Assembly: GCF_015056685.1 (NCBI RefSeq)
Contig: NZ_SVFW01000006.1
Coordinates: 44,522 to 108,521, forward strand
DNA from: Butyrivibrio sp.
GTDB taxonomy: Bacteria > Bacillota > Clostridia > Lachnospirales > Lachnospiraceae
DNA: 64,000 nt
Direction of reading: 5' to 3'
The notes under the pieces are model-generated. The model made no database searches and was not told the origin of the DNA. It worked only from the letters and a program-made list of their open reading frames with translations. Position 1 is the stretch's first letter. Each line of letters opens with the position of its first letter. Below, in pieces: positions 36,809-45,890 of the stretch. Position numbers and translations under genes: made by a program.

Positions 36809-39328
36809 ATGAAAATTTGTAAAAAGTTAAACAGCATAAAAAAGACTGATTACGGATATCTGGCTGAACTTGACAAAGCATACATGAAGATATGTTTTTT
36901 AACCGACAGCATTGTCAGAATTAAAGTATCTTTTGGAGATATTGCAGATGCTGATAAGCCTGAAGGATCATACGTGCTTCAGATGACTGGCTGGGATGAC
37001 AGACTTGATTTCCTTTTTGAAGACAGAAAGCATGTAACTCCACTTAAAGCTCTATTAGAGGAAAAAGAAAATGAGATATGTCTGAAGACTGATTCAGTAT
37101 GTCTTTTGCTGGAAAAGAACCCGCTTAGCATAAAGCTTGTGGATAAAGATGGCGATGTCATTTATGAAGGTGTAAAAGGAAGCCCATTTATAAAGGATGC
37201 TAATAACAGAGTAACCGGTTACACCAGAATGAATGAGGACGACTGCTTCTATGGTTTTGGTGAAAAGACTGGTCCAATAAACAAGAATAAGGACTTTATC
37301 AGAGAACGAGCCACCGATTGCTGGAGCTACGATCCTGAAAAGTGCGACACCATGTATAAGCACATTCCTTTTTATTTAAGGCTCGACAGGCAGGCAAGGA
37401 AGGCAACGGGACTTTTTTATAACAATTTCCATGAATCAGTATTTAATATGGGAAAAGAAAAGAGTAATTACTGGCCAAGATACACATACTTCCAGGCTGA
37501 CGGCGGCGATCTTGATCTTTTTGTATTCACCGGCCCATCCATAAAAAATGTGCTGGATGATTATACAGCTCTGACGGGAAGACCGGCTCTTTTACCTAAA
37601 AGAGCTCTTGGCTATCAGGGGTCATCAATGTACTATTCGGAGCTTGAAAAAGACTCTGACAAGGCGCTTATTGAATTTGTGGAGACTGTCAGAAGAAAGG
37701 GATTCCCAATTGACGGATTCCATCTGTCTTCCGGCTATACATCATACGACAATAAGAGGTGCGTATTTACCTGGAATAAAGAAAGGTTCCCTGATCCAAA
37801 GGGATATTTTGCAAAGATGAACGAGCTTGGGGCGCAGAACGTTCCTAATGTTAAGCCGGGAATTCTTTTGATGCATCCAAAGTTTGATGAGTTCAAAAAG
37901 GAAGGCGTTTTTGTAAGAGACAGTGAAAATGATAAAGAACCGGCTGTAGGTTCCTGGTGGGGAGGCCCCGGGGCATTTTGGGATTACACAAGCCCTAAGG
38001 GAAGAGAACTGTGGAAAAAATATCTTACAGAGACTGTTATTGATATTGGAACCAATTCTATTTGGGATGATAACTGCGAATATGACAGTCTTTTGGACCA
38101 CGACAGCAAGTGCGACTACGACGGCGAGGGCGGCAGGATCGGCGAGTTCAAGCCTGTTATGTGCACCATCATGAGTAAGCTTGCCTGTGAAGCGGTAAAA
38201 GAGCATGACAAGAGCAAAAGACCTTATGTTGTTTGCCGAAGTGGTAGCAGCGGAATTCAGAAATACGCTCAGAACTGGGTTGGTGATAACTGCACAGCGT
38301 GGAGAACTTTAAAACACAATATACCGACCATGCTTGGAGTGGGACTATCAGGCCAACCTAATACAGGCTGTGATATTGGCGGTTTTGCGGGACCGGCACC
38401 TGAAGAAGAGCTCTTTGTCAGATGGGTGCAGCATGGCATATTCCAGCCAAGATTTTCAATTCATTCGGCAAGTAGTGACAACACTGTAACAGAACCGTGG
38501 ATGTATTCAAGACAGACTGACAGGATAAGAAATGCAATCCTGCTTAGATATCGCATGCTTCCTCATTTCTATTCACTGGAGTATGAAGCTCATGTGACCG
38601 GTGCTCCGATAATGAGGCCTCTTGTCTATGAGTTCCAAAATGATGAGAACGTCTATGAAGAAAACTTTGAGTTTATGCTTGGAAAAGACCTGCTTGTGGC
38701 AAATGTTCTTGAAAAGGGACAGATAGTAAAAGATATTTATCTTCCTGAAGGCTGTAAATGGTTTGATCTTGAGAACAACTTTAAATGCTACGAAGGTGGA
38801 CAGGTGATATCTATTCCTGTAAATATCAACTCTATCCCGAGATTCTTGAGGGAGGGTGCAATACTGCCAACGGCTCTCAATCAGCCTATGAATGCGGAAA
38901 AAGACCCGGTGACGGATTTAAGCCTCACATTTGTTCCGTATACAGATGGAAAAGAGCATGTATCAGAGTATATATATTACGATGATGACGGCTGCAGCAA
39001 TGATTTCGAGGACGGAGTATACAGAAAGACCACTATTACCATGAGTGGCAGCGGTGTAATAGATATCTCATTTAAGGGCGAGGGCACTTATAAAGATACT
39101 GTGGAAACAGTGGTGGCGACAGTTGTGTATAAAGAGAAAGCGCCTTTGTGGATATCCTTTGAAGACAAGAAGCTAACTCACATTTTGGACAGGGAAAAGT
39201 TTGAAGCATCCGATAACTGCTGGTATTATAGCGAGACCTTGAGAGCAGCACTCATTAAGTTTAGGAATCCAAAGCACGATGCCAGCCTCAAAGTGTCATT
39301 TGAAGAGTTTGATCTTATTGGGATGTGA
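36809..39328 (+). CDS. Glycoside hydrolase family 31 (alpha-glucosidase/alpha-xylosidase type)
   Basis: 839 aa with a GH31 catalytic region (KPGILLMHP, IWDDNCEY, TGCDIGGFAG). Confidence 0.85.
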   Translation: MKICKKLNSIKKTDYGYLAELDKAYMKICFLTDSIVRIKVSFGDIADADKPEGSYVLQMTGWDDRLDFLFEDRKHVTPLKALLEEKENEICLKTDSVCLLLEKNPLSIKLVDKDGDVIYEGVKGSPFIKDANNRVTGYTRMNEDDCFYGFGEKTGPINKNKDFIRERATDCWSYDPEKCDTMYKHIPFYLRLDRQARKATGLFYNNFHESVFNMGKEKSNYWPRYTYFQADGGDLDLFVFTGPSIKNVLDDYTALTGRPALLPKRALGYQGSSMYYSELEKDSDKALIEFVETVRRKGFPIDGFHLSSGYTSYDNKRCVFTWNKERFPDPKGYFAKMNELGAQNVPNVKPGILLMHPKFDEFKKEGVFVRDSENDKEPAVGSWWGGPGAFWDYTSPKGRELWKKYLTETVIDIGTNSIWDDNCEYDSLLDHDSKCDYDGEGGRIGEFKPVMCTIMSKLACEAVKEHDKSKRPYVVCRSGSSGIQKYAQNWVGDNCTAWRTLKHNIPTMLGVGLSGQPNTGCDIGGFAGPAPEEELFVRWVQHGIFQPRFSIHSASSDNTVTEPWMYSRQTDRIRNAILLRYRMLPHFYSLEYEAHVTGAPIMRPLVYEFQNDENVYEENFEFMLGKDLLVANVLEKGQIVKDIYLPEGCKWFDLENNFKCYEGGQVISIPVNINSIPRFLREGAILPTALNQPMNAEKDPVTDLSLTFVPYTDGKEHVSEYIYYDDDGCSNDFEDGVYRKTTITMSGSGVIDISFKGEGTYKDTVETVVATVVYKEKAPLWISFEDKKLTHILDREKFEASDNCWYYSETLRAALIKFRNPKHDASLKVSFEEFDLIGM

Positions 39329-39347
39329 GCGATATAAGGATTCAAGT

Positions 39348-39383
39348 AGATACAAAGCTGTGCTTGCACAAAGCTTTGTATCT
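39348..39383 (+). terminator. Hairpin terminator after the GH31 gene
   Basis: AGATACAAAGCT ... AAGCTTTGTATCT followed by ATTTG (a weak T-run). Confidence 0.5.
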
Positions 39384-39629
39384 ATTTGAAGACTGAACGG
39401 ACATGAGGAAGTAGCACGATAGTGCGGATTCCGAATGAGCGTAGGATTGCGAGAACGAAGTGTAGCAATCCGTATATCGCGAAACAAATAATTTGTTGTG
39501 CAACGTGCATATAATTTTTAAGGAATATCAATATTTTGTGTCCAATATTTACAGAGGTACAAAATAACGATATAATAAATTATGGTATTTTTATACAAAA
39601 GCCTGCAATTAAACTTAGGAGGGAAAGAA

Positions 39630-41069
39630 ATGAAAAAGAAAGTTATTTCAATGGTATTGTCAGGAATGATGATCATGTCCCTGGCAGCATGCGGAGAAAC
39701 AGCCGCAGACACTACTGCACCTGCAGCAGAGGAAACACCAAAGGCTGAGACGGCGACAGAGACTCCAGCGGCAGAGACTCCGGCAGCCGAGACTGCTGAT
39801 GCTTCAGCTGCAGCTTATGATCCTGCAACAGCAGGTGATGTAACTGTTGGATTTGGATGGTGGGGCAACCAGGTTCGTGATGAAGTTACAAAGGCTGCAT
39901 GTGATCACTTCACAGAACTTTATCCAAATGTTACTTTTAACCTCAATTCTCAGGCATGGAATGACTACTGGGCACAGATGACAAGCTTCTCATCAAGTGA
40001 TACACTGCCAGATCTTATGCAGCAGGATTACGCATACTTTGAGCAGTGGGTTGAGGCAGGAGACCTTCTTGACTTAACGCCTTATGTTGAGAGCGGTGCA
40101 CTTGATCTTTCAAAGATTCCTGAGAGTATCGTAAACACAGGTAAGAGCGCAAGCGACGGACACATCTACGCTGTCTGCGCAGGTATGAACGCTCCGGCTC
40201 TTTCATACAACAAGACACTTACAGATGAACTTGGAATCACAGTTCCTGATAACATGACATGGGATCAGTTCGCAGAGATTTCAAAACAGATTTATGACGC
40301 AAAGGGAATCGGTGTTGTATGGCACAACTTCAACTCTGAGAACCCAATTGCATACTTTGCTCGTGGCAAGGGCCACAACGCACTCTTTGAAGCAGATGGC
40401 GTAACAGTTAGTGAAGAAGAGATGACTGAGTTCTATACACGTCTTCAGAACGCTGTAGCTGAAGGATGGCTCTTCGATACAGATAAGTTCGCATCTGTTG
40501 ACACAGCTACAATTCCTCAGAGCCCACTTGTATATGGTTCAGATCCTAGCGTAAGAAGCTGGTGCTCATTTAACTTCTCAAACCAGTACATGGCATTCTG
40601 CGATGCAGCTAAGGCTGATGGAATCGAGCTTGGTATCTCAACATGGCCAGAGGACAACGGAGCACAGGCTAACTACCTTAAGCCTTCTCAGTTCTTCTCA
40701 ATCACAACAGATACTCAGAATCCTGATCTTGCAGTAGCAATCCTTAACTACCTCATCAACGATGTTGAGGCCAACACACTTCTTAGAGCAGAGCGTGGTG
40801 TTCCGGCTAACAGTGAAGTAGCTGCAGCTATTGCTGATACAGTATCACAGACAGACTACACATATCCTATCATTGTTGAGTATCTTGATATGGTATCAAA
40901 GAATTCAACAGCAATCTTCCCTCCACTTCCTGGATATGCAGGAACAGTTAACACAGACGTTATCGAGGGAATAACAAGCAGAGCACTTTCAAAGAATCCT
41001 ACAGATACACCTGCAGACCTTGCAAAGGCATTCGTAGAGGGTGCAAATAAGGTAGCAGCTGATTATTGA
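39630..41069 (+). CDS. CUT1 sugar ABC transporter substrate-binding lipoprotein
   Basis: MKKKVISMVLSGMMIMSLAACG lipobox. AGGAGGG lies before ATG 39630. Family 1 solute-binding fold. Confidence 0.85.
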   Translation: MKKKVISMVLSGMMIMSLAACGETAADTTAPAAEETPKAETATETPAAETPAAETADASAAAYDPATAGDVTVGFGWWGNQVRDEVTKAACDHFTELYPNVTFNLNSQAWNDYWAQMTSFSSSDTLPDLMQQDYAYFEQWVEAGDLLDLTPYVESGALDLSKIPESIVNTGKSASDGHIYAVCAGMNAPALSYNKTLTDELGITVPDNMTWDQFAEISKQIYDAKGIGVVWHNFNSENPIAYFARGKGHNALFEADGVTVSEEEMTEFYTRLQNAVAEGWLFDTDKFASVDTATIPQSPLVYGSDPSVRSWCSFNFSNQYMAFCDAAKADGIELGISTWPEDNGAQANYLKPSQFFSITTDTQNPDLAVAILNYLINDVEANTLLRAERGVPANSEVAAAIADTVSQTDYTYPIIVEYLDMVSKNSTAIFPPLPGYAGTVNTDVIEGITSRALSKNPTDTPADLAKAFVEGANKVAADY

Positions 41070-41107
41070 TCTGGGGAATAACAGTTTTACCTTAAGTAAT
41101 TGAACCA

Positions 41108-41157
41108 AAGAGAGGCGTTATTTTTATAACTTATAAACTGGCGCCTCTCTTTTTTTA
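41108..41157 (+). terminator. Hairpin terminator/attenuator between the binding-protein and permease genes
   Basis: AGAGAGGCG ... CGCCTCTCT followed by TTTTTT. Confidence 0.7.
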
Positions 41158-41196
41158 CAAAAATTACTGGACATCAGGAAGAAAGGGGAGAGTTCT

Positions 41197-42105
41197 ATGG
41201 ATAAAAAGAAAAGCTTCCGCCAATGGATTGGGCAGGAGAAAGTGGCAGGCTATGTGTTCAGTTTGCCGTTTATCATTGGTTTTTTGATGTTCATGCTTAT
41301 ACCGATGATACTATCGCTGTATTTTTCATTTTGTAAGTACGACATTCAAAACCCTGCAAAATTTATTGGCCTTAGGAATTATATCAACATTTTTACCGAT
41401 GACACATCATTTTGGAAAGCCTTAAGGGTTACCTGCTATTACGCACTTATTGGCACACCATTAAAGGTTGTTTTCGCTCTTATCATCGCTCTTATTTTGG
41501 CAAAAGATACAAAGCTTACAGGTTTTTATCGTGCAGCATACTACCTTCCTTCAATCATTGGAGGATCAGTTGCTGTAGCAATTCTTTGGAGAAGAATGTT
41601 TGAACCCACAGGCACTATCAATGCCATTCTTTCAGTTGTGTATCCCGGAATATCCAATTTTAACTGGTTTGGAGAGGGAAGCGCAATCTGGGTTCTCATT
41701 ATCTTAACTGTCTGGCAGTTTGGATCATCGATGCTTATTTTCCTTTCATCACTTAAGCAGATCAACCGCGAATTGTACGAGGCTGCGGAAGTTGATGGAG
41801 CTAACAAGTGGAGACAGTTTTGGAGGATAACACTTCCTCTGTTGACTCCAACTATTTTCTTTAATCTGGTACAGCAGACGATCAACTCGTTCCTTGCTTT
41901 CACACAGAGTAAACTTATTACAGATGGTCAGCCAAACGACAGCACATTGTTCTATACATTGTATGTGTACAAAAAAGCATTCCCTAACATGGGAAAGAGC
42001 CAGATGGGTTATGCATCAGCTCTTGCATGGATAATGCTCATCATTATTTCCGCTGTAACAGCTCTGTTGTTCTGGAGCCGTAGCAAGTGGGTATATGAAG
42101 ATTAA
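41197..42105 (+). CDS. Sugar ABC transporter permease (MalF/UgpA-like)
   Basis: Six TM helices and the EAA loop YEAAEVDGANKWRQFWRITLP. Confidence 0.9.
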   Translation: MDKKKSFRQWIGQEKVAGYVFSLPFIIGFLMFMLIPMILSLYFSFCKYDIQNPAKFIGLRNYINIFTDDTSFWKALRVTCYYALIGTPLKVVFALIIALILAKDTKLTGFYRAAYYLPSIIGGSVAVAILWRRMFEPTGTINAILSVVYPGISNFNWFGEGSAIWVLIILTVWQFGSSMLIFLSSLKQINRELYEAAEVDGANKWRQFWRITLPLLTPTIFFNLVQQTINSFLAFTQSKLITDGQPNDSTLFYTLYVYKKAFPNMGKSQMGYASALAWIMLIIISAVTALLFWSRSKWVYED

Positions 42106-42120
42106 GGGGAGGCGTTTATT

Positions 42121-42966
42121 ATGAATACGAAAAGAAAGATCTTGGATTTGATCTATCATATACTGGTACTTTTTGGAGCCTTTGTTATGATCTATCCGCT
42201 TTTGTGGATGATCTTCAGCTCTTTTAAACCGACAACTTATGTTCTTCCAACTGCAAAACAGCTCATTCCGTCAGTATGGACACTGGACAACTACAAGACA
42301 GGATGGAAGGGATTTATGGGTTATACCTTCGCAACCTTCTTTAAGAATTCCTTCTTTATTTCCATCACATCAACCTTTGGAACTCTGATTTCATCATCAC
42401 TTGTGGCTTATGCGCTTCAGAGACTTGACTTTAAGCTTAAAAAGCCTTTGTTCATTCTGGTGTTGTCCACAATGATGCTTCCACCACAGATTCTGATGAT
42501 TCCTCAGTACATGTGGTTTAGAAGACTTGGCTGGGTTGGTACTTACTTCCCAATGATCCTGCCATACTTCTTTGCCATTCAGGGATTCTTTGTATACCTT
42601 ATCATGAACTTTATTCAGGGCGTGCCAAAAGAGCTGGATGAGGCTGCCAAGATTGACGGCTGCTCTTTTTACGGAATATACTTCAGGATCATCCTGCCAC
42701 TTATCGTACCAGCCATGATCACAAGTGCCATCTTCTCATTTATCTGGAGATGGGATGATTACCTTTCAGCTTTACTCTATGTTACAAAGCCTGAAATGAG
42801 ACCAATATCACTGGCACTTAAGCTCTTTAACGATCCATCAGCCGGTTCAGATATCGGTGCAACACTTGCTATGTCAACACTTTCAATCGTTCCTGCAACA
42901 ATTCTTTTCCTTATATTCCAGAAGTCACTGGTTGAGGGAATTGCAAGCTCAGGTATTAAGGGATGA
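42121..42966 (+). CDS. Sugar ABC transporter permease (MalG/UgpE-like)
   Basis: EAA loop DEAAKIDGCSFYGIYFRIILP. Confidence 0.9.
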   Translation: MNTKRKILDLIYHILVLFGAFVMIYPLLWMIFSSFKPTTYVLPTAKQLIPSVWTLDNYKTGWKGFMGYTFATFFKNSFFISITSTFGTLISSSLVAYALQRLDFKLKKPLFILVLSTMMLPPQILMIPQYMWFRRLGWVGTYFPMILPYFFAIQGFFVYLIMNFIQGVPKELDEAAKIDGCSFYGIYFRIILPLIVPAMITSAIFSFIWRWDDYLSALLYVTKPEMRPISLALKLFNDPSAGSDIGATLAMSTLSIVPATILFLIFQKSLVEGIASSGIKG

Positions 42967-43082
42967 TATCAATAAAAATACGTAAAATAGTGTAATAAAT
43001 AATAAGAATGATCTCTCGCATAGTGAAATAATGAATATGCGAGAGATTATTAGTTTTCGTTCATAAGGGAAGGGGTAAAAAA

Positions 43083-44480
43083 ATGAGGTATGAAGCAGGA
43101 AAAATGAAGGATGTAAACATTGCCTATATAGGCGGTGGCTCCAGAGGCTGGGCCTGGACTTTTATGACAGACCTGGCGCTTGATGATGAGATTTCAGGAA
43201 CCATAAGACTCTATGACCTTGATGAGAAGGCAGCTGAGAACAATGCTGTAATAGGAAATACTCTTATGGCGCGAGGTGACGCGAAGGGTGACTGGAAGTT
43301 TGAAGTTAAGAACTCACTGGAAAGTGCCCTGACAGGCTGTGACTTTGTAGTTATCTCAATCTTGCCGGGAACTTTTGATGAGATGGAGTCGGACGTACAT
43401 CTGCCTGAGAGGCTTGGGGTATATCAGTCAGTTGGTGACACTGCAGGGTGCGGAGGAATGATCCGTGCTCTAAGGACTATTCCCATGTTCACTGAGATTG
43501 CAGATGCTATCAGGAAGTATTCACCTGACGCATGGGTAATTAATTATACTAACCCTATGTCACTTTGCGTGAAGGCTCTTTATGAGGCATATCCTCAGAT
43601 CAAGGCCTTTGGTTGCTGCCATGAAGTATTCGGAACACAGAAGGTTTTACAGACAATTTATGAAAAAGAGACAGGTGAAAAGATTCCCGATTGGCATGAC
43701 GTTTTTGTAAATGTAGTCGGAATCAATCATTTCACATGGTTTACAGAGAGTTCATATAAGGGAATAGATCTTTTCCCTATCTACAGAAGTTATATTGATA
43801 AGCACTTTGATGAAGGTGTTTCTCTTGAGAGTGAGAACTGGCTCAATGCGAACTTTGTCTGCAAGCACAGGGTCAAGATGGATCTTTTTAACAGATATGG
43901 ACTGATTGCGGCAGCAGGTGACAGACATCTTGCAGAGTTTATGCCGGGCAATGAATATCTAAAAGACCCTGAGACAGTAACCAAGTGGAATTACGCTCTG
44001 ACAAGTGTTGAGTGGAGGAAAAAAGACTTAGAGGACAGGCTTGAAAGAAGTAAGCGCCTTGTAAGTGGCGAAGAAAAGATGGAGCTTAAAGAGACCGGAG
44101 AAGAGGGAATACTTCTTATTAAGGCTCTCTGCGGTCTTAGCAGGTTTGTAAGTAACGTAAATATTCCAAATTATGCGCTTCAGATCCCTAATCTTCCGGC
44201 AAATGCGATTGTCGAGACCAATGCTGTTTTCTCAAGAGATTCCATTAGACCAATCTTTGCCGGTGCTATAAAAGAGGATGTGAAAAAACTCATCGACCCT
44301 CATGTAAAGAACCACGAGAGAATCTACAAAGCTGCTACAACATGCGACAGAGCTCTTGTCTATGAGGCTTTTGAAAATGATCCACAGTTCATCGGCAAGA
44401 ACTGCTCTGTAGAAGATATTCACAAGCTTGTGGATGATATGATTGATAATACTAAGACTTACCTTCCTAAGGGATGGTAA
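43083..44480 (+). CDS. Glycoside hydrolase family 4 (NAD/Mn-dependent glycosidase)
   Basis: N-terminal Rossmann IAYIGGGSRGW and the CHEV catalytic region GCCHEVFG. Confidence 0.8.
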   Translation: MRYEAGKMKDVNIAYIGGGSRGWAWTFMTDLALDDEISGTIRLYDLDEKAAENNAVIGNTLMARGDAKGDWKFEVKNSLESALTGCDFVVISILPGTFDEMESDVHLPERLGVYQSVGDTAGCGGMIRALRTIPMFTEIADAIRKYSPDAWVINYTNPMSLCVKALYEAYPQIKAFGCCHEVFGTQKVLQTIYEKETGEKIPDWHDVFVNVVGINHFTWFTESSYKGIDLFPIYRSYIDKHFDEGVSLESENWLNANFVCKHRVKMDLFNRYGLIAAAGDRHLAEFMPGNEYLKDPETVTKWNYALTSVEWRKKDLEDRLERSKRLVSGEEKMELKETGEEGILLIKALCGLSRFVSNVNIPNYALQIPNLPANAIVETNAVFSRDSIRPIFAGAIKEDVKKLIDPHVKNHERIYKAATTCDRALVYEAFENDPQFIGKNCSVEDIHKLVDDMIDNTKTYLPKGW

Positions 44481-44511
44481 AAAAACATTTTTAATTTAAT
44501 AGATATGATTT

Positions 44512-44552
44512 CCCCTTAAGCAAGCGAAATGGCCTCTTAAGGGGATTTTTTT
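44512..44552 (+). terminator. Terminator after the GH4 gene
   Basis: CCCCTTAAG ... CTTAAGGGG followed by ATTTTTTT. Confidence 0.8.
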
Positions 44553-44601
44553 GACTTATGCAGAATGAATAAAGTTGTTATTTTATTGTGACACTTATGA
44601 T

Positions 44602-44610
44602 TGGTATAAT
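44602..44610 (+). promoter_or_regulatory. Extended -10 promoter element (TGGTATAAT) for the GAF-ABC operon
   Basis: TGnTATAAT about 55 nt upstream of ATG 44664. Confidence 0.45.
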
Positions 44611-44663
44611 GTATATATAAATATTTTATCCTACTAATTTTGTACTTTATATGAGGTGGATCA

Positions 44664-45881
44664 ATGGCGGGAAAAGGCGATAATATTTCAGTATTATGGA
44701 AAATCATGCAGGCACTGGATGAGGAACAGGTTGAAAACGGCATTTCGGAGGCAATGGAGACGCTGCTTAAAAGTATAGAAGCTGAGTCTGCGGCCGTCTG
44801 GATAAAGAATCCTGAAAATAAGCACATTTACTGTATTGTGTCCGTTGGAGAGGACAATCTGACGGGTTTTTCCATAGAGTATGGTCAGGGCCTTGTGGGA
44901 GAAGCTTGCGACAGCACAGAGATGACAAGTGTTTCTGATGCAGCAAATGACGAGCGATTCCCTGCAGGTAAAGATGAGGTCAGCGGTATTGAAATGAAAA
45001 ATGTCGTTTTCGTGCCGATGACATTAAGGAAAGAGACCGTTGGCTGCATAGAGATAATAAACAGGGCCAAGAGTGGGGAGTTTAGCGACGAAGACAAATA
45101 TATCATGCATTCTCTTGCAGGACTTATTCCCATGGTCATAGAGGAGAAGGGATATAACTACGCAGCGCAAACAGAAAAGAAGGTAATAATGTCCCTTAGA
45201 GGTGTCAAAAAGGACTATCCCTCAGGAATGGATGTGGTTCATATCCTTAAGGGCGTTGATCTTGATGTATACGAAAATGAGCTCTTAGTAATCCTGGGTG
45301 AGAGCGGCTGCGGAAAATCTACTCTTCTTAACATAATCGGAGGTATGGACAGTCTAACTGAAGGCAGCATTACCGTTGATGGAAAAGACTTTTCACATCC
45401 TACGGAAAAAGAACTGGTGGATTTCAGAAGGGATTCGATAGGTTTTATTTTTCAGTCCTATAATCTGATGCCAAACCTGACAGCTCTTGAAAATGTAAGG
45501 TTTATAGCGGAGATTTGTAAGAATCCGGGAGATCCGGAAGAAGCAATTGCTAAGGTAGGACTTACAGACAGGGCCGGCAATTACCCCTCTATGATGAGTG
45601 GAGGACAGCAACAGAGAGTCTCAATCGCCAGAGCTATAGTCAAGAATCCAAGAATCATTCTTGCAGATGAACCTACGGCAGCACTTGATTTTACTACAGG
45701 ACAGGAGGTTTTGGTTCTTATAGAAGAGCTTATAGCAAGCAGTAAGACGTCAGTGGTAATGGTTACACACAACGTGGAGATAGCCAAGATGGCAAACCGG
45801 GTAGTGAGAGTAAGAAACGGTAAGATTTCCAGTATACGTATCAACTCGTGGCCTATGAAAGCGGCAGACATTGTCTGGTGA
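44664..45881 (+). CDS. GAF domain fused to a MacB/LolD-type ABC transporter ATP-binding domain
   Basis: The N-terminal ~165 aa are GAF-like (VWIKNPENKHIYCIV..GLVGEA..VFVPM). The C-terminal half has Walker A GESGCGKST, signature SGGQQQRV and Walker B ILADEPT. Confidence 0.75.
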   Translation: MAGKGDNISVLWKIMQALDEEQVENGISEAMETLLKSIEAESAAVWIKNPENKHIYCIVSVGEDNLTGFSIEYGQGLVGEACDSTEMTSVSDAANDERFPAGKDEVSGIEMKNVVFVPMTLRKETVGCIEIINRAKSGEFSDEDKYIMHSLAGLIPMVIEEKGYNYAAQTEKKVIMSLRGVKKDYPSGMDVVHILKGVDLDVYENELLVILGESGCGKSTLLNIIGGMDSLTEGSITVDGKDFSHPTEKELVDFRRDSIGFIFQSYNLMPNLTALENVRFIAEICKNPGDPEEAIAKVGLTDRAGNYPSMMSGGQQQRVSIARAIVKNPRIILADEPTAALDFTTGQEVLVLIEELIASSKTSVVMVTHNVEIAKMANRVVRVRNGKISSIRINSWPMKAADIVW

Positions 45882-45890
45882 TGGTGATTT

